A stretch of 64,000 nt of DNA from Massalongia carnosa (taxonomy: Eukaryota). Positions 11,647 to 24,700 of this stretch are shown one piece after another. The position numbers and the translations under genes were made by a program. The notes under the pieces were generated by a model. The model was not told the origin of the DNA and made no database searches. It saw only the letters and a list, made by a program, of their open reading frames with translations. Every line of letters begins with the position of its first letter. Positions within the stretch are counted from its first letter, which is position 1. The stretch lies in contig OZ287068.1 of the NCBI GenBank assembly GCA_965645245.1, positions 248,001 to 312,000 on the forward strand. The letters are read 5' to 3'.

Positions 11647-14600
11647 TTAACTCGTGGATTGTTCGGTTGCTATCCTCACGTCTCCAAATTGGCCGAGGAG
11701 ACGTGAGGATAGCATGAATTTGGATGCTGCCTTGGCCAGTCTGGGGGTGCTAAAAATTTCTTGGAGATCAAACACCTTTCGGCCTATCCAGATAGTCTCC
11801 ATGCGCAATCGATGGTGACTGACGCACTCCAGAAGCACATGGTGAACTGTTTGATAACCGAAGCCGCATGGACATTCGCCCGTTTCGGTGCGGCCTATAT
11901 CTGAGAGATACTTGCGGAGACCAATCTTACCTGTTCTCATCTGCACCAGGGTGGAACTCATTGACTTGTGAAGCCCCTGGTAGAGCTGCAAGACCTTGTT
12001 AGTGGGCTGGGGGATGAGCTTTTCGTCATCTGTCCGCGTTTTTCTGCCTCTCAATCCCCAGCTCATTCTTTGCTGATCATTGTCCTCATGTTGCGTTTTA
12101 TCGCCGACTTCACTGTGTGTCCGAGGAAGTCGAAGTGGGTGATGGAGGGACTCTGGCCAGGTTCTAACCAGCCTGATGCTTCTTTTGCTGCATGGTCTGC
12201 TATCTCGTTGCCTTCTACTCCCATATGCCCAGGTATCCAGCAGAGTCTGACTCTGGCCTGCATCTCCCGGCATGCGTGGAGTTTTCCAATGATCTCGCGT
12301 AGTATAAACTGACCTGATTGAGCTCCGGGGTCGGCTACTGATTTGATGGCTGATTGATTATCTGCAAAAACCGTTATCTCCCCTTGCCATCGTGCAATAG
12401 CCGCCGCCAGTCCCAGGTCGATGCCCACTAGTTCCGCGAGGTAAACTGTGGCTTCTTTGTTCGTTCCGAGGCGGGTTCCTACCCGTGTGTTGTCGCTGGG
12501 GATGACCGCTACCGCACCAACTCCGAAGAGGTTATCACTCCCATCCGTGTATATGACTATTTGGTTCGGCTCTGATGTCATCTTGTCATGCTCTTTGATT
12601 GCTTCCTCTTTACTGGAAGCAATGTGCGTTTCGGGGGGGGACCACCATGGTTCCACTATGAATGGAAGAATGACCTCTAACCGCCAGGGTTGAGGGCATT
12701 TCCCCGAAGTCATTAAGCGGGACTCTAGCTTAGCTAGAGGGCTCCAGTATCGATAGTGGGAGTCCGCTTGGCTTTTCCAGGCGCGGATCCCACGTATTAT
12801 GGCGTAAAGGGGGCTTGAACGTATGCGCAGTAGTGACTCGTTCACTGCCTGCTCCATGCGTTGCCGGCCAGGCAGGAGGTGAAGCTCCATATCCAAGGCC
12901 GGGCCCGAGGTTGTTCTAAATGCCCCTGAAATGATCAGTGCCGCCCGTCGCTGAATAGATCTGACGGCTTTGAGCACGGCGGTTGCTTGCGTGATAGTCC
13001 CGTATCCGCCCTCGGGAACATACCATGCAGAGCATCCAAAGGTGAGTTGCGGTAGTATGGTGGCTTGATAGATTCTTCGAAGGCTCGCAAGACTGGTGCC
13101 CCATGTGGAGCCCGCAAGGCTGCCTAGGGCTCCCAGTCTCTTTGAGGTTTTGGCTTCCAGTTTCCTTAAATGGGCGTGCCATTTGAGCTTGTCGTCGAAT
13201 GTGGCGCCCAGGTAGGTGGCGGTATGCTGTGGCATGATGGTTTTGCCCGCTAGGGAGGTAGCTCTCTCCGGGGTGTTCAAATCCGTCTCTGAGGGTCCTT
13301 TGATAAAGTGCAAGAGCTGGAATTTGGCGGGGGCAAATTTGGAGGCGTGTGTGTCCGCCCATTTCTGCTCCCTCGTCATGAACGAGGCTTCGAGATTTCT
13401 ACAGTTCTGTTCTGCTGAAGTTCCAATAATTAGTTTGGATATGTCATCGACATAGCCCAAGTTCATCTTTTTGGGCCCTTCCTCTTCCATAAGGTCGACG
13501 TTGTAGAAGAGATAAAGAATAGGAGAGGAGATATAGGGATCCCTGAGGGACTCCAAAGTTCGTGGTGAATGGTTGCGAGGTGTAGTCGGGCATGGCGATG
13601 GTCATTTTCCTTTCCTGAAGGAAGCTTTCGATCCATTTAGCTATGTTGCCGCCTATTCTTCTCTTCCGTAGGTTGTGCAGTAGTCTTTCGTGGGATACGT
13701 TATCGTAAGCACCCGAGATGTCCAGCATGAGCACTGTGGCCACTTCGTTGTTAAGCCAGGCTGCGTGGATGGCCTCTAGGAGCAGATGGAGGGCGTGTTC
13801 GGGTGATCTAGCTCTCCTGCCGCCTATATGGAGTCTGGGGAGTAGGCTCTCGGTCTCCACCGCGTGATTGATTCTGGTTGCAATGATCTTCTCCATAGTC
13901 TTACCTAAAGTGTTGAGCAAGGCTATGGGTCTGTATGAATTCGGCAAACTGTAGTCGGCCTTAGCTGGTTTTCTGAGAACCACCGTGGTGGATTCTCTGA
14001 AAGCATTGGGGTGATGACCCAGTTCCCAGCTGACGTTATACAGAGCTACAAGTGTGGGCATGATGAGCGGTAACACATCTTTGAGGATTCTATTAGGCGG
14101 TCCGTCGGGGCCTGGGGCCGAGAGTGGTGCTGCCTTTGTGATGGCTTTAGTTATTTCCCGAGCTGAGATGGGAGCAAATTGGATTGGCTCTGGATAGTGA
14201 TAATCGGCGATGTCTTCAAGATTGGTGGCGTCCGGGATAGGAAAAAACTGTCTGCGAAGCAGTTCAGCCTTGCCCGAGGCCTCCGTCACTTTGGAGCCAT
14301 CGCTTTTCATTAGGGTTGGGGTGAAGGCTTGGAATGGGGTCGACCTGTTCTTAGCCCATTTCGCAAGCTTCCAGAGACCATCTGGAGTGCTGGTGGCTTC
14401 CTCTACCCTGTCCCTATGTGTTGTCTTGAGAGCTTTTTGTACGATTTTGTTTTTGCTGTTTCTCGCCTCTCGGTAGGCTTCCCAGTCTTCCAGAGAGCGC
14501 GTTTCCTTATGCTTGCGCCTGAGACGTCTGCATAGGGTGACTGCCTCTTTGCATTCCGGGGTAAAGCCAGGTTTTGAATGATTGCACCCTCTAGAAAGTG

Positions 14601-15505
14601 GGACTGCTGTCTCCACTGCGTGCTGGATAGCTTCTACTAACTCATGGGCCAAGTTATCGAGTTCTTGAACTGTGCTCACGCTCCTAGGTGCCGGGAGCTT
14701 GTCTGTCATCGTGTCTAGTAGCTTTTTCCTATCAGTCTTAGACCACATGCGAGAGGACCTTATGGCCTTCTTAACTGTGGTGATATAGAATGCTGTGCCA
14801 ATGGGGTAGTGATCTGAGTCACTATCCAACTCTCTTCTCACATCGCACATGAGTACGGCTGAAGCCACTGCGGGGGTTGCGAACGTTAAGTCTATCGTGC
14901 TCTGTGCTGATCTATGATCGTATGTTATGGTGCCAGGGGGGAGCAGAAGTTCTAGCTCGCTTTGATCGAGAATCTCCAGTAGTTGGTCGGTCTGCCTCCG
15001 GATGTTGATGATGGTAGTCTTCGCCAGCCCATAGGGGATGGTGAAGATTGAATTCCCCTACCACTATGTGTTCTTCCTCCACCTCTAGCGCCTTGCTTAG
15101 GTCTGGCAAGGTGCTGTAGTTTCCCTGAGAGGGGGAGGGATTGTAGATGTTATGGATATTGATGACTCGCTGGGTTTCGCCAGGAAATTCCAAGTGCAAA
15201 GTCATCAGATCGGGAGAGTGGAAGGTTACCTTCCAAGAGGCGCTTGCTATGTCTTTGTTGACGAACATGCATACTCTCGGAGGGAGCTCTTGTTCTCCTG
15301 TTTCGGGGGGATAGAGAAGGTGAAAAACATTTTTGACCGGATTGTGCGTGGTGTGTTGATAGGGGTTCCCCGCCCAGGGTTCCTGGATGGCCAGGATGCC
15401 GTATTACATGGTTTCCTCCCTACGAAGGAAGTCCGCCATGACAGTGTTCTTGGATTTGTTGCAGTTGTACTGAAGTATGGACAGATAGTGGGTGTATTCA
15501 CTCAT
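11647..15505 (-). pseudogene. LINE ORF2: AP endonuclease, reverse transcriptase, RNase H and CCHC finger, disrupted
   Basis: ILQYN..IQEPW, GEFNLHHPLW, SDHYPI, YRPIALL, LDISGAYD, GVPQGS, YVDD, IYTDGS, WIPGH..GNEIAD and CPCG..QTVHHVLLEC are spread over several frames, with a stop near 15404. Confidence 0.92.
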
Positions 15506-17063
15506 AGTTCCTCTTCTGTCTGAGTACTGGGCTGCAAGCGACGGGTTGCCGATCTGGTGGTCATTGAAGAACTATCGTCGTTCTCCTTACCGCTCATGAC
15601 CTCCACAGCCTTCGAGGAGGGTTTCTTCTTTCCCTTCTTAGAAGCTGCTTGTGCCATGCTCCTGTTGGTAGAGCTGGGGTTGTCTGCCAGGGGCTCTACC
15701 TCCCCATGCGCCCGCTTCTTCCCCTTGCGGAGAGTTGGCACGGTTTGCCAATCTTTCTCTCGTACAGAGCCCGTTCGAGGGCCCTGTTCCACCTGGGTTG
15801 AGGCTGGGGTCACCTCACTGCTTGTCGTGACCGTCGGCGTGGTCGATGCCGGCGGACTGCTCCGTTCTTGTTCCTGACCATTTAGGGTCTCCCTTGAGGA
15901 GGCCCTGAGAGGCCAGAAGGGGAGAGCTTCTTCTTTGGCCCGCTTCATTCGGGCCTTTTCCTTCTTTCGCTCCGGGCAAGACTCTGCGCTTGCCCCGTGG
16001 CCCTCCTTGCCACACGCATTGCATTTGAGAGTGACCGATTTGCAATCGGTCATGTGGTGACTTTCGGAACATTTGAAGCATGTTTGATGCTTCTGTCGGC
16101 AAGCATGGCTCGTGTGACCATACTTACCGCACCGGAAACATTGCCTAAGCCTGGCCTCCGGAACATGTCTTTCCACCGCGAAAGATCTCCCAAATATAGC
16201 TGCGAGGCCAAAATGGCGTTGCAGTCTAATTCGTTCTCAAAGTATACCACCATGGATCTGGCTGTGGCTCCTGCCTTACTCGTGCGGGACAACCATTCTA
16301 CTCCTGTTACCCTATTCCTAACGGGCATATGTGACTTATTTTCCTCCCAGAGGCGTTCCTTGATGTCTGTCATGCTTAGATTAGCCGGTACAAAATGCGC
16401 TATTAAGCCGAAGCTTGGCTATATTATAGTAGCTTTGCTCGATAGCCTGATGGCCCATCGGGTGTCTTTTCTTAGGCGTTCCGTGTCTGAGGCGTTGTTG
16501 ACTATTACCTGCAGGTCTCTGCTAGGGAGGACCCTTGCTGCTATTGCTACGGCTGCTGCCGTGGCTGTGCCATTAGAAATAGGGGGGGCGAGAGCGTTTT
16601 GATTGGTCGGAATTCTCGTGTTGTTATGATCCTTTAACGCGTTAGATATTGCCGCGTTGATTCTGTCTTTGAGCGCTGAGGAGGCCAGTTTGACCAGATC
16701 CTTTGCTATGGCTTCGTTGTTCATTTTGACGACGATTTCACGAGCTTTCTCTTCTAGTATAGGAGCGGGGATGGACGTCCCCGAAAGCGTAGAGATCGTT
16801 GGGGCCGAGGCAGCAAAGGCTGCCCGTTCTGCCCAGGTCATCGTCGTCTTGTAGCCAGTAGTGGCCGCGGAGGAGGTAGTGGGTGTTGTGCGGGCGGTGT
16901 CTTGCTTGCGCTCGACATAGGTGACTTTAGTGAGCGTTTGCTCTGTAGTGTTCTTTATTTGGTTGATGGTAGCTTGGAGCTGATCCATCGTGGGCTGGTT
17001 GCGCATCTTCTCCAGTAGGCTGAGCATACTGGAGAGTAACAGGGTGTAAGACTGAACCTTCAT
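15502..17063 (-). pseudogene. LINE ORF1 (gag-like, CCHC zinc knuckles), frameshifted
   Basis: CFRCGKYGHTSHAC, CFKCSESHHMTDC and CNACGKEGH..C; ORF fragments 16419-17063, 16050-16373 and 15502-16176. Confidence 0.88.
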
Positions 17064-17342
17064 AGATCTTTGCTTCTGATATGCCTCGCAGTTAAGTTAT
17101 TAAGCACATTGGTGAGGAAGTGACGATGCTCGTCTAGTGAATCGGGGGGGCGTCGTTGGGCACGACAAAAGAGCTCCCCATGGTTGCCACAATGCAGCCA
17201 CAACAGAAGGGACGATATAACTTTCGGCCAAGATAGCTACAGAGTCGGGGAGCAATTCTACGTGATCACAATGACTATTGAGGGCTTGTATGGGTAACGA
17301 ATGCAATTTCTAGTGCTAGCTAAAAAGTGCGAAAGTTTTCTG

Positions 17343-19231
17343 TTCGATTCGTCGAGAATTTGGATTATAAATCCTAAATTGGTGATGCGAATGGTAGCCA
17401 ACGAAAATCCCCTGGAACGATACCCGATCTAGTTTAGCTCTGCTAGCGCTTGGTACGTGCGCATGCACTAAACACTGATTGTTGGCCAATGGAAGCACGT
17501 TTCGGAGGTAGTTTGCTGTCTTAGCTGCTTCCCAGAAAGTCTTCGGCAGTTCGGCCCAATGTAGCATAGCTCGAGCCATCTGGATGATGGTTCGATTTAA
17601 TCGTTTAGCCATGCCGTTTTCTTCCGGTGTGTGTGGGGTAGTAAATTCCATGATGACCCTCCTTTCTGAGGTCATTCGCCATGTGCTCGAACTCTTTTGC
17701 ATTGTCAGTTGTCAGTTTGGCGAGAGTTTCACCTGAGTCCACTTCTGCCACCTTCTTCCATTCTAGTACTTTTCCCTGGACTTCCTTTCGACTTTTCATG
17801 AGCTCTAACCAGGATTTCCTGGTGAACTCGTCCACAAAGTTGATGAAGTATCGATAGCCGTTCAGGCTAGTTATTCGATACGGCCTCCCTAGTTTCCTAT
17901 CAACTCGGCGAGGAGGTACGCGGTAAATGGCCCTGGTCATCTTAGTATAGTTACAAACTGAGCACTCCACCTTGTCAAAGAAAGATAAAGGGGTGCCTTC
18001 AATGTCCATTGCTTTCCCTGCTTCCAGAATTTTCTTGGACAAAAGTTGAATCCTTCGAGCGCTGACGTGCCCCAGTCGAGAGTGCCAGAGTAAATATGCG
18101 CTTATTTTGGCCTGTTCTGACTTCGACTTACTCGGTCCTGCCCTTGGCTCGCTTCGCTGGGTCCCGGCCAATTCCCTTGTCTGGACTTCCTGCGGAACTT
18201 CCTGTTCTTCCTGGTCTTCCTGCACTCCAGTTTCCAATGCAACTTCCGAGTTTCGGAGTAGAAACATGTTGCCCTTAAAGAAACCGGTGGCGACCGAGGT
18301 ACCGTCTCTGGTGATTTCCACCCCCTCTGGGCGGAAAAGAATGCTGAGCCCTTTCCGATTCAGAGCCTTTATGGGCAGCAAATTCGAATCAAGCCGAGGT
18401 ACCCACAGAACATTTTTCATCCGGACCTTCTTTCCTCCAAGGCCCACACTGATGTCACCCCTTCCGAGCGACGATAGCTTTGTCCCATCTGCAATGGTGA
18501 CACTGGTTAGCATATTCCGGAACTTGGTGAACAGTTTCCTGTTGGGCGTCATGTGCCGACTCGCCCCTGAGTCGATAATCCACCTGCCCAAATCTCTGTC
18601 ACCCCGAGGAGTTTTAATGAAGATGTCCGCCTTCCTAGCCTTATCCGAGACCACCGTCTCCAGGTTTTCGTCCGAGACCACTGTCTCCAGGATTTCTTCA
18701 CTCCTCCCGTTCCATTCCTTTACCATGAAGCCTATCTCTTCGTCATCTTCCGACTCTGAGGCCTCATTTTCCTGCTCTTCTTGAGCCTGTCGAGCATCTC
18801 CCTTCCGCCTATGCTTTGTCTTTCCGGGCTTTTTCCGAGGGGGTGCTCCGCTGCCGTTTTCGGACTTATTTGCCTTGGTCCCTTCTTCACCTTCCTTGCT
18901 ACCTTCTTTTGCTTTTCTCTTGCGGAATGATTTTCCAGCGTCAGTCTTCAGCCATTCAGGGCACTCGGTCTTGAAATGCCCGGGCTTATGACAGTGAAAA
19001 CACAAACCATGCAAAGTGGTGAGAACCTTGTTAGCAATTTCCTTTTGTCCCTTATCAACGATTTTTTGCTCGCCCGTTCTTAGTCGCTGCTTTGTGTATT
19101 CGAGAGTGAGGTTGTTATCTTCCTCGAGGTGTAATATAACGAACTCATACTGTTCGTGGTCGACCGCGTTCATTAAACACATGGCCAAATCAAAATCACT
19201 GGGTGCCTCGGATGATCGAATGTTCCGAATA
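17343..19231 (-). pseudogene. Copia A gag C-terminus, protease and integrase (with deletions and frameshifts)
   Basis: CFHCHKPGHFKTEC, WIIDSGASRHM, WHSRLGH..C..C and PEENGMA; near-identical to the Copia B protein. Confidence 0.92.
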
Positions 19232-19379
19232 ACGTAACTCACTGGGCAACGGGACAAACTGGGCAACGGGACTAAATTTCGCTTAATTTCTACAGCCTCC
19301 CTCTCACCCGTTTTACATACAAATTCGGCTTCAATGTCTATTAGACGTGAAATTGATATTTTGTCTGCATGCAACTTAA

Positions 19380-20157
19380 TCACATTTTACGTGGTTGACG
19401 TACAATACGACCCCGTCTGGTAGTTTGAACCTTCTTCACCTCCTCCACCACCTCCACCTCCACCTCTACCCCCCCACTCACCTTCACCTCCTCCACCCCC
19501 TCTACCTCTTCTGTCATTGGTTGAAGCACGGGAGGAGGTAGCAATCGTCTTTGAAAAGAACAAATAGGCTTACTTTGTGAACTATCAGGTGCTTTCTGAG
19601 GACTTTTCTGAGGACTTTTCGTCGAAGATGCAGTAGACGTTTGTCCTAGTAAATCAGGTCCAAATCGACACATTTCCCTGAAAGTTTTGATAAGGTCCTG
19701 CTCAGCTCGTTTTAGCTGAGCGGCCTTCTTTTTTTCGTCTTTCACCTTTTGTTTATCTTTGGCCCATTGCTGTCTTTGTTGAACGTCTTCAAGGCTTAGA
19801 ACTCGAGCCTTTCCTCCATAGTGAGCCCCGCTACGATTGGCTCGATGATGGCGCCGTACATTGGCCTGAAGAAGCTCGTTGTTGGTGATACGTAGCAAGG
19901 TAGAGTCTGCGAAGGCATATTTAGCGCCTTTTATCAATTTATTTAGCGCTCGAACGGGAGTCCAGTCTGATTCTTCATCATTTCGAATTCGACGAATCAG
20001 TTGATTTATTTGATCGATATTTCCAGGTGTCATTTCAATTTCGTGAGAGTTTTGAAGGGTTGTCGGAGTGTTAGGATGAGAGGAGGTGATATTCGTGGTA
20101 GTGGTAGTAGTAGTGGTGGTGGTGGTAGTGGTGGTGGTGGTAGTGGTGGTGATGATG
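19380..20157 (-). CDS. pogo transposase C-terminal part (poly-Thr tract, basic coiled-coil tail)
   Basis: In-frame continuation KTDS|IITTTT...ARVLSLEDV...TTRRGRIVRQPRKM*. Confidence 0.85.
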
Positions 20158-20440
20158 CTATCTGTCATGGTGTGAGCGCGAGATGCTCTGCTAAGCGATA
20201 CCTCCCGACACGCTAAATGTTTTAGGTATCGCGTTAGCCTTAGTGGGGAGCTAACCGCATTCAGGTAAGGAAATGGGTTCCGGGAGTTACATGGAAAATC
20301 TCTGCAGCAATTGATGCTTTCTTCCTTGTGTTCGTCTTGTCTATCTAGTATAGTCATAGCTAGCAATGCCACCACCTTCACCACCTGAATAGGCCCCCGT
20401 TGCCGCCTCGTCACATTACGAACACCTCACCCGTGTTCAG

Positions 20441-21724
20441 GTGGTGCTCCGTTCCTCGTTTCTCATTCACCTCTTTTGTATGGCTTCCAGTTCCTCGTCC
20501 AAGATAGCCACGCCCCGTTCCGAATCAAGTCCTGGCCTTTCCCCCCCAAGCTTCGATGAGGAGGATTCTCTCGCCCCTCATGTTGCATCTATTGAGGCCT
20601 GGAGTCAATCGGTCCAAAAATTCCCTCATGAATGGTATCATCAAGCCATTCAGTCCGCCAACCGATCAGCGACCCTTCAGGGCTTTCTAACGGAAAAATC
20701 AAATCAGTATGACTTTCTGGAAGCTGAGCATAATAATATCCGTAGCCAGTTGCAGACCTCCAATAACGAGAACATCGCCTCTCGAGCCACCATCGCCAGC
20801 CTCCGTCAGCAGATCAGTGACCATCATCATCATCCCGCCGCCCAGCGCGAGGCGCGCTCAGAGAAATTGCCGGACATCCCGAAGTTCTCGGGCAAGAAGG
20901 ACGAGTTGCGCGAGTGGGTCACCCAGCTTAACCTGAAGCTCTTTGTGAATCAAGACCGTTTCACGAATCCCAAAGCCGGCCTTCTGTACGCCATCAGCCG
21001 CTTAGAGGGTCGTGCCATGGCGCAAGTGCAACCCTACGTCAAGTCTCACAACGAAGTGAGTATCCCCGATGTGGCAGGGTTATTGGCTATGTTGGAGAGG
21101 GCCTTTGGGGACCCGGACAAAAAGGCCACGGCACAGCGGGAACTGCGGTCCCTGCGCCAGGCCAACAAGGAATTCCATGTCTACCTCTCGGACTTCCAGC
21201 GTATTGCCCCGGATACCAATTTTGACGAGGAGGCAATGCGCTCAGCTCTGCTGGAAGGCATCAGTGACGAGCTGAAGCAGCTCATGGTTACCCAAATCAC
21301 TCCCGAGGACCTCGACGAACTGGTGACCCTCCTCCAACGGCTAGACACCCGCCAACGGAATGTCAATGCTTCCCTCCGGAAGCCATACTCCCCCCGGTCT
21401 ACCCCACCTTCTTCTGGTGTGGGGACCCCCCCTCATAACCCCCGGTCGGGAGGAGTCGCCCTCCCCCGATCCGTCTCTTCTTCCGCCGCCTCCCCGTCTC
21501 CCCTTCCGGCCGCCGAGCCAATGGACCTCTCCGCCACACACAGAGGTAAGTTACCTCAAGCAGAAGTCACCCGTCGGATGAACGAAGGGTTGTGCCGCTA
21601 CTGTGGGGGGTCAGGACATTTTGCGGCCGTCTGCCCTCGAAAGGGAGAAACCAAGCCGCGAACCTCTCGGCTGAACGAGTCCTCTCTAGCTGAGGTCTCG
21701 GAAAACGCGTCGTCTTCGGGCTAA
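20441..21724 (+). CDS. Gypsy Gag (first ATG 20479)
   Basis: Retrotransposon gag core, EPMDLS and the CRYCGGSGHFAAVC zinc knuckle. Confidence 0.93.
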   Translation: MVLRSSFLIHLFCMASSSSSKIATPRSESSPGLSPPSFDEEDSLAPHVASIEAWSQSVQKFPHEWYHQAIQSANRSATLQGFLTEKSNQYDFLEAEHNNIRSQLQTSNNENIASRATIASLRQQISDHHHHPAAQREARSEKLPDIPKFSGKKDELREWVTQLNLKLFVNQDRFTNPKAGLLYAISRLEGRAMAQVQPYVKSHNEVSIPDVAGLLAMLERAFGDPDKKATAQRELRSLRQANKEFHVYLSDFQRIAPDTNFDEEAMRSALLEGISDELKQLMVTQITPEDLDELVTLLQRLDTRQRNVNASLRKPYSPRSTPPSSGVGTPPHNPRSGGVALPRSVSSSAASPSPLPAAEPMDLSATHRGKLPQAEVTRRMNEGLCRYCGGSGHFAAVCPRKGETKPRTSRLNESSLAEVSENASSSG

Positions 21725-21740
21725 GTCGCCCCCGAAGACG
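21700..21740 (+). promoter_or_regulatory. Programmed -1 ribosomal frameshift signal
   Basis: G GAA AAC heptamer 21700-21706, a 4-nt spacer, then a 10-bp perfect stem cgtcttcggg/cccgaagacg. Pol is in the -1 frame. Confidence 0.75.
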
Positions 21741-24700
21741 TTCAGAAGGGGTCCCTGTGTCGATTTCAGCCTTTTCTCTCTCAGAAGATTCGTTAGACGG
21801 TAGACATTGTGTCATATCTATAGCACTCTCTGTGGAAAATCGAGTTATACACACCCATGCTTTGATTGATTGCGGTGCCTCGGGCTACGCATTCATTGAT
21901 TCATCCTTCGCGCGAAAAAATTCCCTGCCTTTCACCCCTCTTGTCCGTCCTCGTATCCTCGAAGTAGTCGATGGTCGCCCCGCGGCGGCCGGAAAACTTA
22001 CTCATCTGATCAAGTCAAGGATGCGAATAAACCGTCATTCCGAGCAAGGCTCGTTCTTAGTTACCCAACTGGGTCATTATCCTGTCGTCCTGGGAGTCAA
22101 GTGGCTTCAAATTCATGACCCCTCCGTCAGCTGGACTGAAAATACCCTGACCTTCTCGTCCACGTACTGTTTCCAGGAGTGTTTAGAGAATAAACACGTC
22201 CCTCTTGTCATTCTTGGCCTTCCTGATCCATCTGAAGGGACTCCTGAGTCCGCTTCGTCCCTGTCCTTGAAAACCGTCGAATCACGCAAGAACGAGGTCT
22301 CTTGTATGAAAACTCCTGAAACCCTGAAAGTCAGTGAGAACAAGGTCTCTCGCTCGACTCCTAGAACTCTCGAAGTCCGTGTATTAAACGCTCCTTCAAG
22401 TCCTGAATCCCGAACACTTCTTGAGCCACCGATCTCGAACGCACGACCAATGACGGTCTGCACGGAATCTCCCGATCCCTCACCTATGAGCATTTACATG
22501 GTTGGAGCCGCTCCATTCTCGACCCTGATGAAGGACCGGAAGAACGAAATCTTCACCGCTTCCATGTATGAAATTGACAAAGCCCTTGAACAACTCAGAA
22601 ATCCGAGAGAGAAATTCAATCTCTCCGCCTCGTCCCTCGAAGATATCGCCAAGTCCTTGAAGCCCAAGAAAATCATCGATCCCGCCAGTATAGTGCCCGT
22701 GGAATTTCACGATCTTCTAGACGTCTTCTCCAAGCAAGAAGCCGATAAACTACCCCCGCACCGCTCCTACGATCATAAAATCGTTCTCAAGGAAGGAGCC
22801 ATACCCTCGTCAGGCCCGCTGTACAAGATGTCAGCTCCTGAACTACTAGTCTTGCAGAAATACTTGAAAGAAAACCTAGCCAAAGGATTTATTCGTGCCA
22901 GCTCCTCGCCCTGCTCCTCGCCCGTGTTATTCGCCCGAAAACCGTCGGGAGGACTGCGTTTCTGTGTAGACTATCGAGCTCTGAACGCGATCACGATCAA
23001 GAATCGCTATCCAATACCACTGATTCAAGAAACACTAGATCGTCTTGCCAAGGCCATGATTTTCTCTAAGTTTGACATCATCGCGGCTTTCAACAAGCTA
23101 CGAATGCAGAGCGGGCAAGAATGGATGACCGCTTTCAAGACCAGGTACGGTCTCTTCGAATATGAAGTATTGCCTTTCGGACTTTCAGGGGGGCCCGGCT
23201 CCTTTCAGCACTATATCAACGACGTCCTTCGAGAATATTTAGATGCCTTTTGCACCGCCTATATCGACGACATTCTTGTATACAGTAAATCAAAGAAGGA
23301 ACACAAGATTCACGTAAGAAAAGTTCTTGAAGCTCTGAGGTCCGCAGGTCTGCAACTGGACATAGAAAAGTGTGAGTTCTTCGTCACGGAAACCACTTAC
23401 CTGGGACTTATCATTTCGGACAAAGGAATCAAGATGGACCCACGAAAAGTTCAGACGATCAAGGACTGGATAACACCCAAGAACATTAAGGATATTCAAG
23501 CTTTCGTGGGCTTCGCAAATTTCTATAGACGCTTCGTCAAGGGTTTCTCAGCCATTGCCTCGCCCCTGATCAAACTGACGAAAAAGGGGACCGTGTTCTC
23601 TTGGAACTCCGAGTGTGAGGCCGCGTTTCAAAGGCTAAAAAACGCTTTTGTTAGCGATCTCATTCTGATGCATTTCGATCCTGAAAAGAAAATCGTGGTA
23701 GAAGTTGACGCTTCCGACTGGGTAGTGGGGGGTGTACTCTCACAGTACGATGACGAGGGAGTTCTACGCCCTGTAGCCTTCTTCTCGAAAAAACACGCCC
23801 CCGCGGAAATCAATTACGAGATCTATGACAAGGAACTCATGGCCATCATTCGAGCTTTCGAGGAATGGAGATCCGAGCTCGAAGGAGCCGCCTTTCCCAT
23901 TCAAGTCATTTCTGATCATAAGAATCTCGAATACTTCATGACAACGAAACAGCTCAGTCGTCGTCAAGCACGCTGGTCCGAGTATCTCTCCCGCTTCGAT
24001 TTCCAGATCATGTACCGCCCAGGGAAAAGCGGTGGAAAACCCGACGCCCTGACTAGAAGGTCTCAAGACCTACCGAAGGGGGAGGATGATCCACGGATAA
24101 AAATTCAACATCAAGTGGTCTTGAAACCTCGAAATCTTGAACTTCTAGCGAACGGATTAGCAGATGAACCTCTCGAAGAAAATGTTGAAGCCTCGGAACA
24201 AAGTGAACCTCTGGAAATCGCCTCAGATCAGGATGAAATCAAGACCTTGGAAGAATTATGGCAAGAAGCATTGGAAAAGGACCTCTTTCCGATGAGAATT
24301 CTGGAATTATTACGATCAGGTGCTAGACACTCCAAGGAAATCTCGCTGGCAGAGTGCACAGAGATGGATGGCCGACTGCACTATCGAGGAAAGATGTACG
24401 TTCCGGACTCACACGCCCTGAAGATGAGACTTTGCAAGTCCGTTCACGATAGCCCTGTAGCCGGTCATCCCGGTCGAGCCAAGACCTTTGATCTTCTGCA
24501 ACGTCACTATTACTGGCCACGATTCTATCAGTTCGTAGCAAGGTACGTGCAACATTGTCAAGTTTGTGCAAGAAGCAAGCCCTCTCGTCAAGGAAAAATG
24601 GGAGTCTTGAAACCGTTACCCGTCCCGGAGCGCCGCTGGCAAGATATTTCGATGGACTTCGTGACTGGGCTTCCAGAAAGTAGTGGGTTCGACGCCATAT

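Larger units (their letters stand above)
11285..17342 (-). mobile_element. Full-length Tad1-like non-LTR retrotransposon (LINE), ~6.06 kb
   Basis: 13-bp TSD TTCGATTCGTCGA (11272-11284 / 17343-17355), a 3' (AATC)5 microsatellite tail, gag-like ORF1 and APE-RT-RNase H ORF2. Confidence 0.93.

Noticed and set aside
17605..19383. 592-aa ORF with a novel-looking N-terminus
   Set aside because: The first ~50 codons are read-through of the pogo TIR into Copia A gag; a junction artefact.
20095..20152. (GGT/AGT)n repeat as a separate feature
   Set aside because: It is the poly-Thr linker of the pogo transposase.
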